From NCBI RefSeq assembly GCF_004365815.1, contig NZ_SODD01000004.1, positions 1 through 32,000 of the forward strand: 32,000 nucleotides of DNA. Reading direction: 5' to 3'. Of this stretch, positions 10,930 to 19,376 are shown piece after piece. Source of the DNA: Breznakia blatticola. Lineage in GTDB: Bacteria; Bacillota_I; Bacilli_A; Erysipelotrichales; Erysipelotrichaceae. A model generated the notes under the pieces. That model was not told the origin of the DNA. It ran no database searches and saw only the letters and a list, made by a program, of their open reading frames with translations. Numbering within the stretch: position 1 is the first letter of the stretch; every line of letters starts with the position of its first letter. The position numbers and the translations under genes are program-made.

Positions 10930-11417
10930 AAACAGAGAAGATCGTATTATGTGCCTTTGGGGCAGCGTTAACATTTCTAGCAACGGTGATTATCGTATTA
11001 CCGATGCCAGGAATGGGGTATGTAAATTTTGGTGATTCTATTATTTATTTATTTGCTTGTACACTAAATCCATTAGCTGCATTTTTTGTAGGTGGAGTAG
11101 GTAGTGCATTAGCAGATATATACTTAGGATATACACAGTTTGCTATATTTACATTAATTATCAAAGGTATAGAAGGATGTGTGGTTGCATATCTATTTCA
11201 TAAAATAAAAACAACCTATCGTGTAGCTGCATTTGTTTGTGGAGCTCTGATAATGATTGCTGGGTATTATGTAACAGATGTGATCTTATTACAAGATTTC
11301 ATTGCTGCTTTACCAAGCATACAAGGAAATCTCGTACAAGGTGGAGTATGTGTAATCTTCGCATTACTTGCATATCAACCATTTGTGCGAATTGCCAACA
11401 AATATAAAAAAGATTAA
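10926..11417 (+). CDS. Small polytopic membrane protein, probable ECF-transporter S (substrate-capture) component
   Basis: ORF 10920-11417. The ATG at 10926 forms an ATGA overlap with the fmt stop. About 163 aa with roughly 5-6 hydrophobic helices. The GYVNFGDSIIYL motif and size resemble ECF S components. Substrate cannot be assigned from sequence alone. Confidence 0.55.
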   Translation: MKTEKIVLCAFGAALTFLATVIIVLPMPGMGYVNFGDSIIYLFACTLNPLAAFFVGGVGSALADIYLGYTQFAIFTLIIKGIEGCVVAYLFHKIKTTYRVAAFVCGALIMIAGYYVTDVILLQDFIAALPSIQGNLVQGGVCVIFALLAYQPFVRIANKYKKD

Positions 11418-11432
11418 ATAAAATAGAGGAGA

Positions 11433-13244
11433 ATGTATTTGAAACAGTCAAATATTCGTAACTTTTCAATCATTGCACATATCGACCATGGGAAAAGCAC
11501 GCTTGCTGACCGTATTTTAGAACTTACGGAAACAGTAGAAATGCGTGAAATGAAATCACAGTTGCTCGATAGCATGGATTTGGAAAGAGAACGTGGAATT
11601 ACAATTAAATTAAATGCAGTACAATTGAAATATACTGCAAAAGATGGTGAGGACTATATCTTTCACTTGATTGATACACCAGGTCACGTCGACTTTACCT
11701 ATGAAGTATCACGCTCATTAGCGGCTTGTGATGGAGCGGTTCTTGTTGTTGATGCAGCACAAGGAATTGAGGCGCAAACCCTTGCAAATGTATATTTAGC
11801 ATTAGATAATGATTTGGAAATTCTACCTGTCATCAACAAAATAGATTTACCTAGTGCTAGACCAGATGAAATCATGCAAGAAATTGAAGATGTTATCGGT
11901 TTAGATGCAAGCTATGCACCACAAATATCTGCAAAAAGTGGATTACATGTCGTGGATGTATTAGAAGCTATCGTAAAATATATACCAGCACCAACAGGTG
12001 ATGTAAATGCACCACTAAAAGCGCTTGTCTTTGATTCGGTTTACGATCCATATCGTGGTGTTCTTGCACTAATATCAATTAAAGAAGGAAGCATTAAAGT
12101 TGGAGATATGATTAAGTTCATGGCAACTGGAGCTGAATATGAAGTATTAGAAGTAGGGATACGAAATCCAAAAGAGGTCAAGAAGCAACAACTTGTGACT
12201 GGTGAAGTTGGATGGATTAGTGCTGCTATTAAATCTGTAAAGGATGTACGTGTAGGGGATACGATTACTATCAAAAACAATCCTGCTGCTGAGCCACTTG
12301 CTGGATATCGTATTATGAATCCAACAGTATATTGTGGACTTTATCCAATCGATAATGCCAAATACAACGATATGCGTGAAGCACTAGAAAAGCTACAATT
12401 AAATGATGCAGCCTTACAATTTGAGCCTGAAACATCACAAGCCCTTGGATTTGGGTTCCGTTGTGGATTTCTAGGTTTATTACATATGGATGTAATTCAA
12501 GAACGTATTGAACGTGAATACAACATCCCACTGATTGCAACTGCACCAAGTGTTGTATATCATGCATATTTAACAGATGGATCCATGGTTCAAGTAGATA
12601 ACCCAAGTTTTCTACCAGACCCACAAAAAATTGACCATATTGAAGAACCTTATGTAAAGGCATCAATTATGGTTCCAAATGACTTTGTTGGGCCAGTTAT
12701 GGAGCTTTGTCAAAAGAAACGTGGAAACTACAAAGATATGATTTATATTGATGATACAAGAATGAATTTAATCTATGAACTTCCACTATCAGAAATCGTA
12801 TTTGATTTCTTTGATCGTTTAAAATCGTTAAGTAAAGGTTATGCAAGTTTTGATTATGAGCTTATTGGATATCAAACATCGCGCCTTGCTAAAATGGATA
12901 TCTTACTAAATGGGGAAATCGTCGATGCCTTGAGTACCATCGTACACCGTGATTTTGCATATAACCGTGGAAAATCGATTGTTGAGAAATTAAAGAAATT
13001 GATTCCAAAGCATCAATTTGAAATTCCAATTCAAGCAGCAATTGGTGGAAAGATTATTGCTCGTAGTAATATCAAGTCTTTACGTAAAAACGTACTTGCT
13101 AAATGTTATGGTGGGGATATCTCACGTAAGAAAAAGTTATTAGAAAAACAAAAAGAAGGAAAGAAACGTATGAAATCTGTTGGTTCTGTTGAAGTGCCAC
13201 AAGAAGCATTTATGTCTGTTCTTTCTATGGATGAAGAAAATTAA
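11433..13244 (+). CDS. lepA: Translation elongation factor 4 (LepA)
   Basis: GTPase motifs [21 protein letters not shown], plus the LepA-specific C-terminal domain. ATG 11433 sits only 1 nt from GAGGAG (11426-11431). The in-frame TTG at 11439 has better spacing, so the true start may be 11439. Confidence 0.95.
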   Translation: MYLKQSNIRNFSIIAHIDHGKSTLADRILELTETVEMREMKSQLLDSMDLERERGITIKLNAVQLKYTAKDGEDYIFHLIDTPGHVDFTYEVSRSLAACDGAVLVVDAAQGIEAQTLANVYLALDNDLEILPVINKIDLPSARPDEIMQEIEDVIGLDASYAPQISAKSGLHVVDVLEAIVKYIPAPTGDVNAPLKALVFDSVYDPYRGVLALISIKEGSIKVGDMIKFMATGAEYEVLEVGIRNPKEVKKQQLVTGEVGWISAAIKSVKDVRVGDTITIKNNPAAEPLAGYRIMNPTVYCGLYPIDNAKYNDMREALEKLQLNDAALQFEPETSQALGFGFRCGFLGLLHMDVIQERIEREYNIPLIATAPSVVYHAYLTDGSMVQVDNPSFLPDPQKIDHIEEPYVKASIMVPNDFVGPVMELCQKKRGNYKDMIYIDDTRMNLIYELPLSEIVFDFFDRLKSLSKGYASFDYELIGYQTSRLAKMDILLNGEIVDALSTIVHRDFAYNRGKSIVEKLKKLIPKHQFEIPIQAAIGGKIIARSNIKSLRKNVLAKCYGGDISRKKKLLEKQKEGKKRMKSVGSVEVPQEAFMSVLSMDEEN

Positions 13245-13275
13245 ATATCAGTATTTGCAAAATAGGATAGTCAAT

Positions 13276-13313
13276 AAAACAAGTTGCGTTATTATCACGT
13301 AACTTGTTTTTTA
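13276..13313 (+). terminator. Rho-independent terminator after lepA
   Basis: AAAACAAGTTGCGT (13276-13289), loop TATTATC, ACGTAACTTGTTTT (13297-13310, one G-U pair), followed by further T residues. Confidence 0.75.
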
Positions 13314-13337
13314 TTATGCTATTTTAGAGGTGGAATT

Positions 13338-14735
13338 ATGGACTATTATTTAGCAATTGATATAGGTGCAAGTAGCGGAAGACATATGCTATTTTTCTTA
13401 GAACACGGAATATTGCAAATGGAAGAAATCTATCGATTTGAAAATAAAATGATATACAAAGATGGACATGTATTTTGGGATATTGATGCTATGTATCAAC
13501 ATGTAAAGCAGGGGATTATGCGGTGTAAAAACATTGGTAAAATTCCAAAAAGTTTAGGAATTGATACGTGGGCAGTAGATTATGTGTTGCTTGATCAAAA
13601 TAAACAACTATTGCATCAACCATATGCGTATCGTGATGAGCGAACACTTTCTATTATTGATAATGTGCATCAACGTATCACAAAAGAGCAGTTGTATCAA
13701 AAAACGGGAATTCAGTTTCAAGTATTCAATAGTATTTATCAACTAGCTTCTGAAGCAAAAGACGTGCGCAAGCAAGCGAAGCATTTCTTGATGATTCCAG
13801 ATTATTTGCATTATTGTTTAACTGGTAATATGGTCAATGAATATACGAATATGAGTACTACACAACTACTTAGTGCAACAACTGGTGAACTTGATGAAAG
13901 TATCTTACAAGTAGTAGATATTCAACCAAGTATTTTTAAACAAATCGTAGCACCAGGTACATATATAGGAAATCTAAAAAAAGAGCTTGTTGCTGAATTT
14001 GGTTTTGATACACAGATAATCGTACCAGCGACTCATGATAGTGCATGCGCTTATATGGGAGCGATAAAAGATGATGCAATCTTATTAAGTTCTGGAACTT
14101 GGTCATTACTTGGCGTTATACAAAACAGGGCAAATACGTCCTTAGCGGCAATGCATGAAAATTTTAGTAATGAGGGTGGATATGAAGGAACGTATCGTTT
14201 TCTTAAAAACATAATGGGACTATGGATTATTCAAGAAGTCGCACGTTGTTATCAATATGAATATAGTTATGCGAAATTAGTAAAACTTGCTAAACAACAC
14301 GTATTTACAGGTACATTTGATGTTAACGATCCACGGTTCTTAAAGCCAAAACATATGGTTCATGAAATTCAAAACTACTTCAAAGAAAGAAATGAGAAAA
14401 CGCCACAACATGTAGGTGAAATAGCATATTGTGTATATCATTCACTTGCACATTCTTACAAACAAGCAATTGATGAACTCGAATCTATCACTGATAAAAC
14501 GTACACAACTATCAATGTCGTTGGTGGAGGTTGTAAAAATGAGTTGCTTAATGAACTGCTAGCCACATTAACAAATAAAGAAGTAATAGCAGGACCATCA
14601 GAAGCAACTGCAATAGGCAATGTTCTATGTCAGTGTATTGCAGATCACAAAATACAGGATATGAAACAAGCCCAACAAATAATTAAACAATCATTTGAAA
14701 TTACACATTATAAAGGAGAAGCGTATGATAAATAG
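13338..14735 (+). CDS. rhaB: Rhamnulokinase
   Basis: ORF 13284-14735 trimmed to ATG 13338 (MDYYLAIDIGASSGRH...), preceded by AGAGGTGGA. The longer ORF would begin inside the lepA terminator. FGGY-kinase fold with a RhaB-like N-terminus. Followed by rhaA and rhaD. Confidence 0.9.
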   Translation: MDYYLAIDIGASSGRHMLFFLEHGILQMEEIYRFENKMIYKDGHVFWDIDAMYQHVKQGIMRCKNIGKIPKSLGIDTWAVDYVLLDQNKQLLHQPYAYRDERTLSIIDNVHQRITKEQLYQKTGIQFQVFNSIYQLASEAKDVRKQAKHFLMIPDYLHYCLTGNMVNEYTNMSTTQLLSATTGELDESILQVVDIQPSIFKQIVAPGTYIGNLKKELVAEFGFDTQIIVPATHDSACAYMGAIKDDAILLSSGTWSLLGVIQNRANTSLAAMHENFSNEGGYEGTYRFLKNIMGLWIIQEVARCYQYEYSYAKLVKLAKQHVFTGTFDVNDPRFLKPKHMVHEIQNYFKERNEKTPQHVGEIAYCVYHSLAHSYKQAIDELESITDKTYTTINVVGGGCKNELLNELLATLTNKEVIAGPSEATAIGNVLCQCIADHKIQDMKQAQQIIKQSFEITHYKGEAYDK

Positions 14736-15984
14736 ACGTTATGAAGAAGCAAAAGCAATGTATAAACAATTTGGTGTGGATACAGATGCAGCACTAAAAA
14801 AGTTGAATGATATTCAAATATCCATGCATTGTTGGCAAGGGGATGATGTTGTCGGTTTTGATGGAGCAGATAGTTTATCTGGTGGAATCCAAACAACAGG
14901 AAATTATCCAGGACGCGCAACAAACGTACAAGAATTAATGGATGATATGGACGAAGTATTCTCGATGGTACCAGGAACCCATCGAATCAATCTACATGCA
15001 TCATATGCAATCTTTGATGATGAAAAAGTAGATCGCGATAAACTAGAACCAAAGCATTTTGAAAAATGGATGCAATATGCAAAGAAAAGAGGGATAGGCA
15101 TTGATTTTAATCCGACGTTGTTTGCACATCCTAAAGCTGTCGGACTTACACTGGCTTCACCTGATGAAAGTATTCGTCAATTTTGGATAAATCACTGTAA
15201 AGCATGTATTCGCATTTCACAATATTTCGCAGAAGAATTAGATACGTATTGTTTAATGAATATCTGGATTCCGGATGGATTAAAAGATATTCCAGGAGAT
15301 CGTTTAGGACCTAGAAAACGATTTAAACAATCTTTGGATGAAATTTTAAGCATCGATTATGACAAAGAGAAAGTTATTGTTTGTTTAGAGTCAAAAGTCT
15401 TTGGAATTGGTATGGAATCATATACAGTTGGCTCAAGTGAATTTACATTAAACTATGCACAACAAGCACATATTGCTCCACTACTTGATAATGGACATTA
15501 TCATCCAACCGAAGTCGTAAGTGATAAGTTATCTTCTACTTTACTATTTTTTGACAAGGTTGCATTACATGTAACTCGTCCAGTTCGTTGGGATTCTGAT
15601 CATGTGGTTTTATTTGATGATGAAACAAAGGAAATCGCAAAAGAGATTGTACGCAATGATGCACTGGATCGTGTATATATTGGGCTTGATTTCTTTGATG
15701 CAAGTATCAATCGTATTAGTGCTTGGACTGTTGGTATGCACAATATGCAAAAAGCCTTGCTTCATGCACTGTTGATGCCGATGGATACCTTACGTACACT
15801 GCAAGACCAAGAAGATTTTACACAAATTATGGCAATCCAAGAAACATTAAAAACATTCCCACTTGGAGATGTTTGGAATTACTACTTACAAACACACGAT
15901 TGTCCTACTGGATTTAGTTGGTATGATGAAGTGATGAACTATGAGACAAGTGAACTAGAAAAGAGGGGAGCTCACCATGAATAA
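14725..15984 (+). CDS. rhaA: L-rhamnose isomerase
   Basis: ORF 14695-15984 trimmed to ATG 14725 (MINRRYEEAK...) with AAAGGAGA upstream. 419 aa. Strongly RhaA-like blocks: SMHCWQGDDVVGF, GGIQTTGNYPG, MNIWIPDGLKDI, RPVRWDSDHVVLFDDE, GLDFFDASINRI. Confidence 0.93.
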   Translation: MINRRYEEAKAMYKQFGVDTDAALKKLNDIQISMHCWQGDDVVGFDGADSLSGGIQTTGNYPGRATNVQELMDDMDEVFSMVPGTHRINLHASYAIFDDEKVDRDKLEPKHFEKWMQYAKKRGIGIDFNPTLFAHPKAVGLTLASPDESIRQFWINHCKACIRISQYFAEELDTYCLMNIWIPDGLKDIPGDRLGPRKRFKQSLDEILSIDYDKEKVIVCLESKVFGIGMESYTVGSSEFTLNYAQQAHIAPLLDNGHYHPTEVVSDKLSSTLLFFDKVALHVTRPVRWDSDHVVLFDDETKEIAKEIVRNDALDRVYIGLDFFDASINRISAWTVGMHNMQKALLHALLMPMDTLRTLQDQEDFTQIMAIQETLKTFPLGDVWNYYLQTHDCPTGFSWYDEVMNYETSELEKRGAHHE

Positions 15985-16795
15985 GTATCCTAAATTTATT
16001 AACGATTTTATTCGTATGTGTAGTGATGGTTACCAACAAGGTTGGCATGAACGAAATGGTGGAAATTTAACTTATCGTTTAACCGATGAAGATATTCAAG
16101 ATACAAAGTATTTACTAGAAGTACATGATACATCGTATCCCATTGGAACACATGTACCACATCTTGCAAATGCATACTTTTTGGTTACAGGCTCTGGTAA
16201 GTTTTTTAGAAATGTAGTTTTAGATCCAGAAGCATCAATTGGGATTATTCAAATTGATGCAACAGGAGAACGTTACTATAAGTGTTGGGGATTACGCAAT
16301 CACAGTGTTCCAACGAGTGAATTACCTTCACATTTAATGAATCATGAAGTAAAAATGCTAGCAACAAATGGAAGTCATCGTGTAATTTATCATGCACATC
16401 CAGCAAATCTAATTGCTTTAACTTTTGTATTTGCACTTGATGACAAAGTATTCACAAAAGAATTATGGGGTGCTGCTACAGAATGTCCTGTTGTATTTCC
16501 TAGTGGTGTAGGTGTTGTAGATTGGATGGTACCTGGAGGAAAAGATATCGCAGTAGCTTCAAGTGAGAAAATGAAAGAATATGATGCAATCGTTTGGGCA
16601 CACCATGGTTTATTCTGCTCAGGAGAAAGCTTAGATATTACTTTTGGTTTAATGCATACCATTGAAAAAGCAGCAGAAATTATTGTTAAAGCACGATCAA
16701 TGAATTTGCCACGAATCAATCAAATTAACGATGAAGAGTTGCGTCAACTTGCGAAGGACTTTCAAGTCACATTGCCAGATAAATTCTTATCATAA
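15977..16795 (+). CDS. rhaD: Rhamnulose-1-phosphate aldolase
   Basis: 272 aa, 8-nt overlap with rhaA. RhaD-like blocks: GWHERNGGNLTYRL, FLVTGSGKFFRNV, VPTSELPSHL, class II aldolase His cluster (YHAHPANLIAL, WAHHGLF). Confidence 0.92.
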   Translation: MNKYPKFINDFIRMCSDGYQQGWHERNGGNLTYRLTDEDIQDTKYLLEVHDTSYPIGTHVPHLANAYFLVTGSGKFFRNVVLDPEASIGIIQIDATGERYYKCWGLRNHSVPTSELPSHLMNHEVKMLATNGSHRVIYHAHPANLIALTFVFALDDKVFTKELWGAATECPVVFPSGVGVVDWMVPGGKDIAVASSEKMKEYDAIVWAHHGLFCSGESLDITFGLMHTIEKAAEIIVKARSMNLPRINQINDEELRQLAKDFQVTLPDKFLS

Positions 16796-16798
16796 AAA

Positions 16799-16821
16799 TA
16801 AGCCATCACAGCGTGATGGCT
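16799..16821. terminator. Bidirectional terminator between rhaD (+) and the opine-dehydrogenase-family gene (-)
   Basis: Perfect hairpin AAGCCATCAC (16799-16808), loop AGC, GTGATGGCTT (16812-16821). T/A-rich flanks on both sides. Confidence 0.65.
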
Positions 16822-16831
16822 TTAATTTGTA

Positions 16832-17911
16832 TTATCCATTTTGTACATAGTTTTTAAGATCTTCAAGACTCATATCTTCAATTCCTAATTCACCAAGTGA
16901 ACGACCAATACTCCAACAATCCTCTTCCATGATAAGACTACCAAGATTGACCATAGAGTCCATAATTGGTGTTGCTACATCATAAGCATTTGCTAGTTTT
17001 GCCCAACTAGCTAAACCAAATGGAATGTCTTCTGCATAGTATCTATTTTTAAAGTTTGCAGGACCTGTGATTTTGGCGAAATTTGGATCACTTGCGATAA
17101 CTTCTTTAATGGAATCACTTTGGATACTTCCACCAACTCCGTGGGCTGCAATATCATGGGCATAACCAAACTGTTTTAAAATATGAATTCGTTCATTATC
17201 GATTGCTTCTGTTGCGCGAACCACGCTATCACTAAATCCCTCTGTATAGAAATGGAAATCACCTTTAGCTATTTCTATTCTTCCTGCATTCAAAATACAT
17301 CCAGGTACGTGAATGATTGGATTTAGACTTGATAGACCACAAGCAATAACACTTTCGACAGCTTCTAAGCCATCAAACAGATGTGAAAGACGTGTAAGAA
17401 TTTCATCAGTCTTATTTGCTGGTATGACACCGATTTTTAGTGGATTAAAACGTGACATAACTAGGGAAGTGGCAGGTGCAATTAAACGTGTTGCATAAGG
17501 AAGTGTATGACTTTCAGCAACTGGTACATAATTAACTCCAACTTTCTTAAATTCCTTATAGAAAATCAACGAACCAAAAGTTCCTGGAAGTAAACATACA
17601 ATTTGTCCTGGCTCAATATAAATCGCTAGTTTTTTCGCTAATGAAGCATGCACAAAAGCAGGAACAACAACTAAAATAATCGTTGCACCTTTGACTGCTT
17701 GTTCCAAGTTTGTAGTTACATCGTGAATTTTAATATCACCAGTGCCAGCAGCACCTTGTAAGTGCACAATTTTGTGCTTAAATAATTCTTGGTGTTGATC
17801 TTTAAATGCAGGATCTTCATACATTGTTACTTCAAAACCCTTTAGGGTTAAATCTGCAGCTGCAGCATGTCCACCATTACCACAACCTAATATTGCAATT
17901 TTTTCTGACAT
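16832..17911 (-). CDS. NAD(P)-dependent octopine/nopaline (opine) dehydrogenase family protein
   Basis: 359 aa. N-terminal Rossmann motif IAILGCGNGGHAAAADLTLKGFEVTMYE. Length and overall pattern are typical of the opine dehydrogenase family. RBS AAAGGGGG lies 8 nt upstream of the ATG. Substrate unknown. Confidence 0.6.
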   Translation of the reverse strand: MSEKIAILGCGNGGHAAAADLTLKGFEVTMYEDPAFKDQHQELFKHKIVHLQGAAGTGDIKIHDVTTNLEQAVKGATIILVVVPAFVHASLAKKLAIYIEPGQIVCLLPGTFGSLIFYKEFKKVGVNYVPVAESHTLPYATRLIAPATSLVMSRFNPLKIGVIPANKTDEILTRLSHLFDGLEAVESVIACGLSSLNPIIHVPGCILNAGRIEIAKGDFHFYTEGFSDSVVRATEAIDNERIHILKQFGYAHDIAAHGVGGSIQSDSIKEVIASDPNFAKITGPANFKNRYYAEDIPFGLASWAKLANAYDVATPIMDSMVNLGSLIMEEDCWSIGRSLGELGIEDMSLEDLKNYVQNG

Positions 17912-17926
17912 AAATGTTGCCCCCTT

Positions 17927-17955
17927 TATATACTCATATAGTAGACCTATATCAA
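17927..17955 (-). promoter_or_regulatory. Possible internal promoter for the opine-dehydrogenase-family gene
   Basis: Minus strand: -35 TTGATA (plus 17950-17955), 17-bp spacer, -10 TATATA (plus 17927-17932). It lies in the 49-nt gap after the TetR stop, which contains no terminator hairpin. Confidence 0.35.
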
Positions 17956-17960
17956 TAAAC

Positions 17961-18533
17961 CTACAAGTGGTTCAAATCATGAATACTCATTCGCTCTAGT
18001 ACATCTGTAAGTGAATCGGTTAATTCTTTCTCACTGACGCCATGATCATCTTTTAACCACTCGAGGATGGTTCCTATGGTTCCTTGTACGAAGAAGACAA
18101 AATATAGATTTAAAATTCGTGGATCTTCTTCATTGAATTCCATTTGAAAATCATGCAATGCCATATCTTGTACCTTGGCAAATACTTTATGTACCAATCG
18201 GCTATTTTGGTAATCACTTAAAATAATACGGCTTACTGCACGATTTTGATTTAATAAATGAATCAATTTACTTAACCATACATGAATAAATCGCTCTCCA
18301 TCAAAAGCTAAGATTGGCATCACACTTTCCATAAGTTCATCTTCGATTTGATTGAACAAATCCGTAGTATCTTGATAATGCAAATAAAATGTACCACGAT
18401 TAATATCGGCCAATTCGCAAATTTCTTTTACGCTTACTTTAGATAATTCTTTTTGTTCAAGCAAAGAGAGGAACGCTTCTTTGATTACGTGTTTGGTATA
18501 TTGGACACGTCGGTTATTTTTAACTCCAGCCAT
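17961..18533 (-). CDS. TetR/AcrR family transcriptional regulator
   Basis: N-terminal TetR HTH (KHVIKEAFLSLLEQKELSKVSVKEICELADINRGTFYLHYQD) with a helical C-terminal ligand domain. Start placed at ATG 18533 (MAGVKNN...). An in-frame TTG at 18551 is the alternative; both have weak RBSs. Confidence 0.85.
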   Translation of the reverse strand: MAGVKNNRRVQYTKHVIKEAFLSLLEQKELSKVSVKEICELADINRGTFYLHYQDTTDLFNQIEDELMESVMPILAFDGERFIHVWLSKLIHLLNQNRAVSRIILSDYQNSRLVHKVFAKVQDMALHDFQMEFNEEDPRILNLYFVFFVQGTIGTILEWLKDDHGVSEKELTDSLTDVLERMSIHDLNHL

Positions 18534-18559
18534 AGTTCGTACTTTCGACAATCATCACA

Positions 18560-18583
18560 AAAGTGTTGAATCAATAACACTTT
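18560..18583. promoter_or_regulatory. Candidate TetR operator 1 (inverted repeat)
   Basis: AAAGTGTT-GAATCAAT-AACACTTT: perfect 8-bp arms with an 8-bp spacer. Contains GTGTTGAA, which recurs at 18653-18660. Confidence 0.45.
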
Positions 18584-18598
18584 GATGTGCTTTGCATA

Positions 18599-18627
18599 TT
18601 GTCTACCTTTCTTACTTTTATTATAAT
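18599..18627 (+). promoter_or_regulatory. Sigma-A promoter for the ABC transporter operon
   Basis: -35 TTGTCT (18599-18604), 17-bp spacer, -10 TATAAT (18622-18627). Confidence 0.5.
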
Positions 18628-18648
18628 AACAGTGTGGGATGAAATCAA
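18620..18648 (-). promoter_or_regulatory. Sigma-A promoter for the TetR gene, overlapping the divergent promoter
   Basis: Minus strand: -35 TTGATT (plus 18643-18648), 17-bp spacer, -10 TATAAT (plus 18620-18625). The two -10 hexamers overlap by 4 bp on opposite strands. Confidence 0.5.
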
Positions 18649-18659
18649 CATAGTGTTGA
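18645..18659. promoter_or_regulatory. Candidate TetR operator 2 (inverted repeat)
   Basis: TCAACA-TAG-TGTTGA palindrome. It overlaps the -35 of the tetR promoter and lies between the ABC promoter and the GGAGG RBS (18666-18670). Confidence 0.4.
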
Positions 18660-18674
18660 AATATTGGAGGACCT

Positions 18675-19376
18675 ATGTCATATATTGAAGTAAAACACGA
18701 ATTTAAAATTTATAAAATGGGATCACATGAAATCATTGCAAATGAAGACATGAATTTTGAAATAGATGAAGGTGAACTTGTTGTTATATTAGGACCTAGT
18801 GGTGCAGGGAAAAGTACCATTTTGAATATATTAGGGGGAATGGATAGCCCGACAGATGGAGATATTATCATTGATGGTGAGAATATTGCTACATACAACA
18901 GTCGACAATTAACAAATTATCGAAGAACTGATGTTGGCTTTGTCTTTCAATTTTATAACCTTGTGCCAAATTTAACTGCTAAAGAAAATGTAGAACTTGC
19001 TACTGCAGTCTCTAAGGATGCATTAGATGTAGAACAAGTACTAAAAGATGTTGGATTGGAAAATCGTATGTCAAACTTTCCTTCACAATTATCTGGGGGG
19101 GAACAACAACGTGTGGCGATTGCTCGTGCACTTGCTAAAAATCCTAAATTATTACTTTGTGATGAACCAACTGGAGCACTTGATTTCAAAACAGGAATAC
19201 AAGTTTTGAAACTTCTTCAGAATACATGTAAGAAATTTAAGAAAACGGTAGTCATCATTACACATAATCATGCCATTGCACCAATTGCACATAAAGTAAT
19301 TCATATCAATGATGCAAAGGTAAAGAAGATTGAAATTAATGAACATCCTGTAGCTGTAGAGGAGTTGGTCTGGTAA
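18675..19376 (+). CDS. ABC transporter ATP-binding protein, MacB/LolD/FtsE-like
   Basis: 233 aa. Walker [11 protein letters not shown]-loop, signature LSGGEQQR, Walker [14 protein letters not shown]-loop ITHN. Confidence 0.92.
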   Translation: MSYIEVKHEFKIYKMGSHEIIANEDMNFEIDEGELVVILGPSGAGKSTILNILGGMDSPTDGDIIIDGENIATYNSRQLTNYRRTDVGFVFQFYNLVPNLTAKENVELATAVSKDALDVEQVLKDVGLENRMSNFPSQLSGGEQQRVAIARALAKNPKLLLCDEPTGALDFKTGIQVLKLLQNTCKKFKKTVVIITHNHAIAPIAHKVIHINDAKVKKIEINEHPVAVEELVW

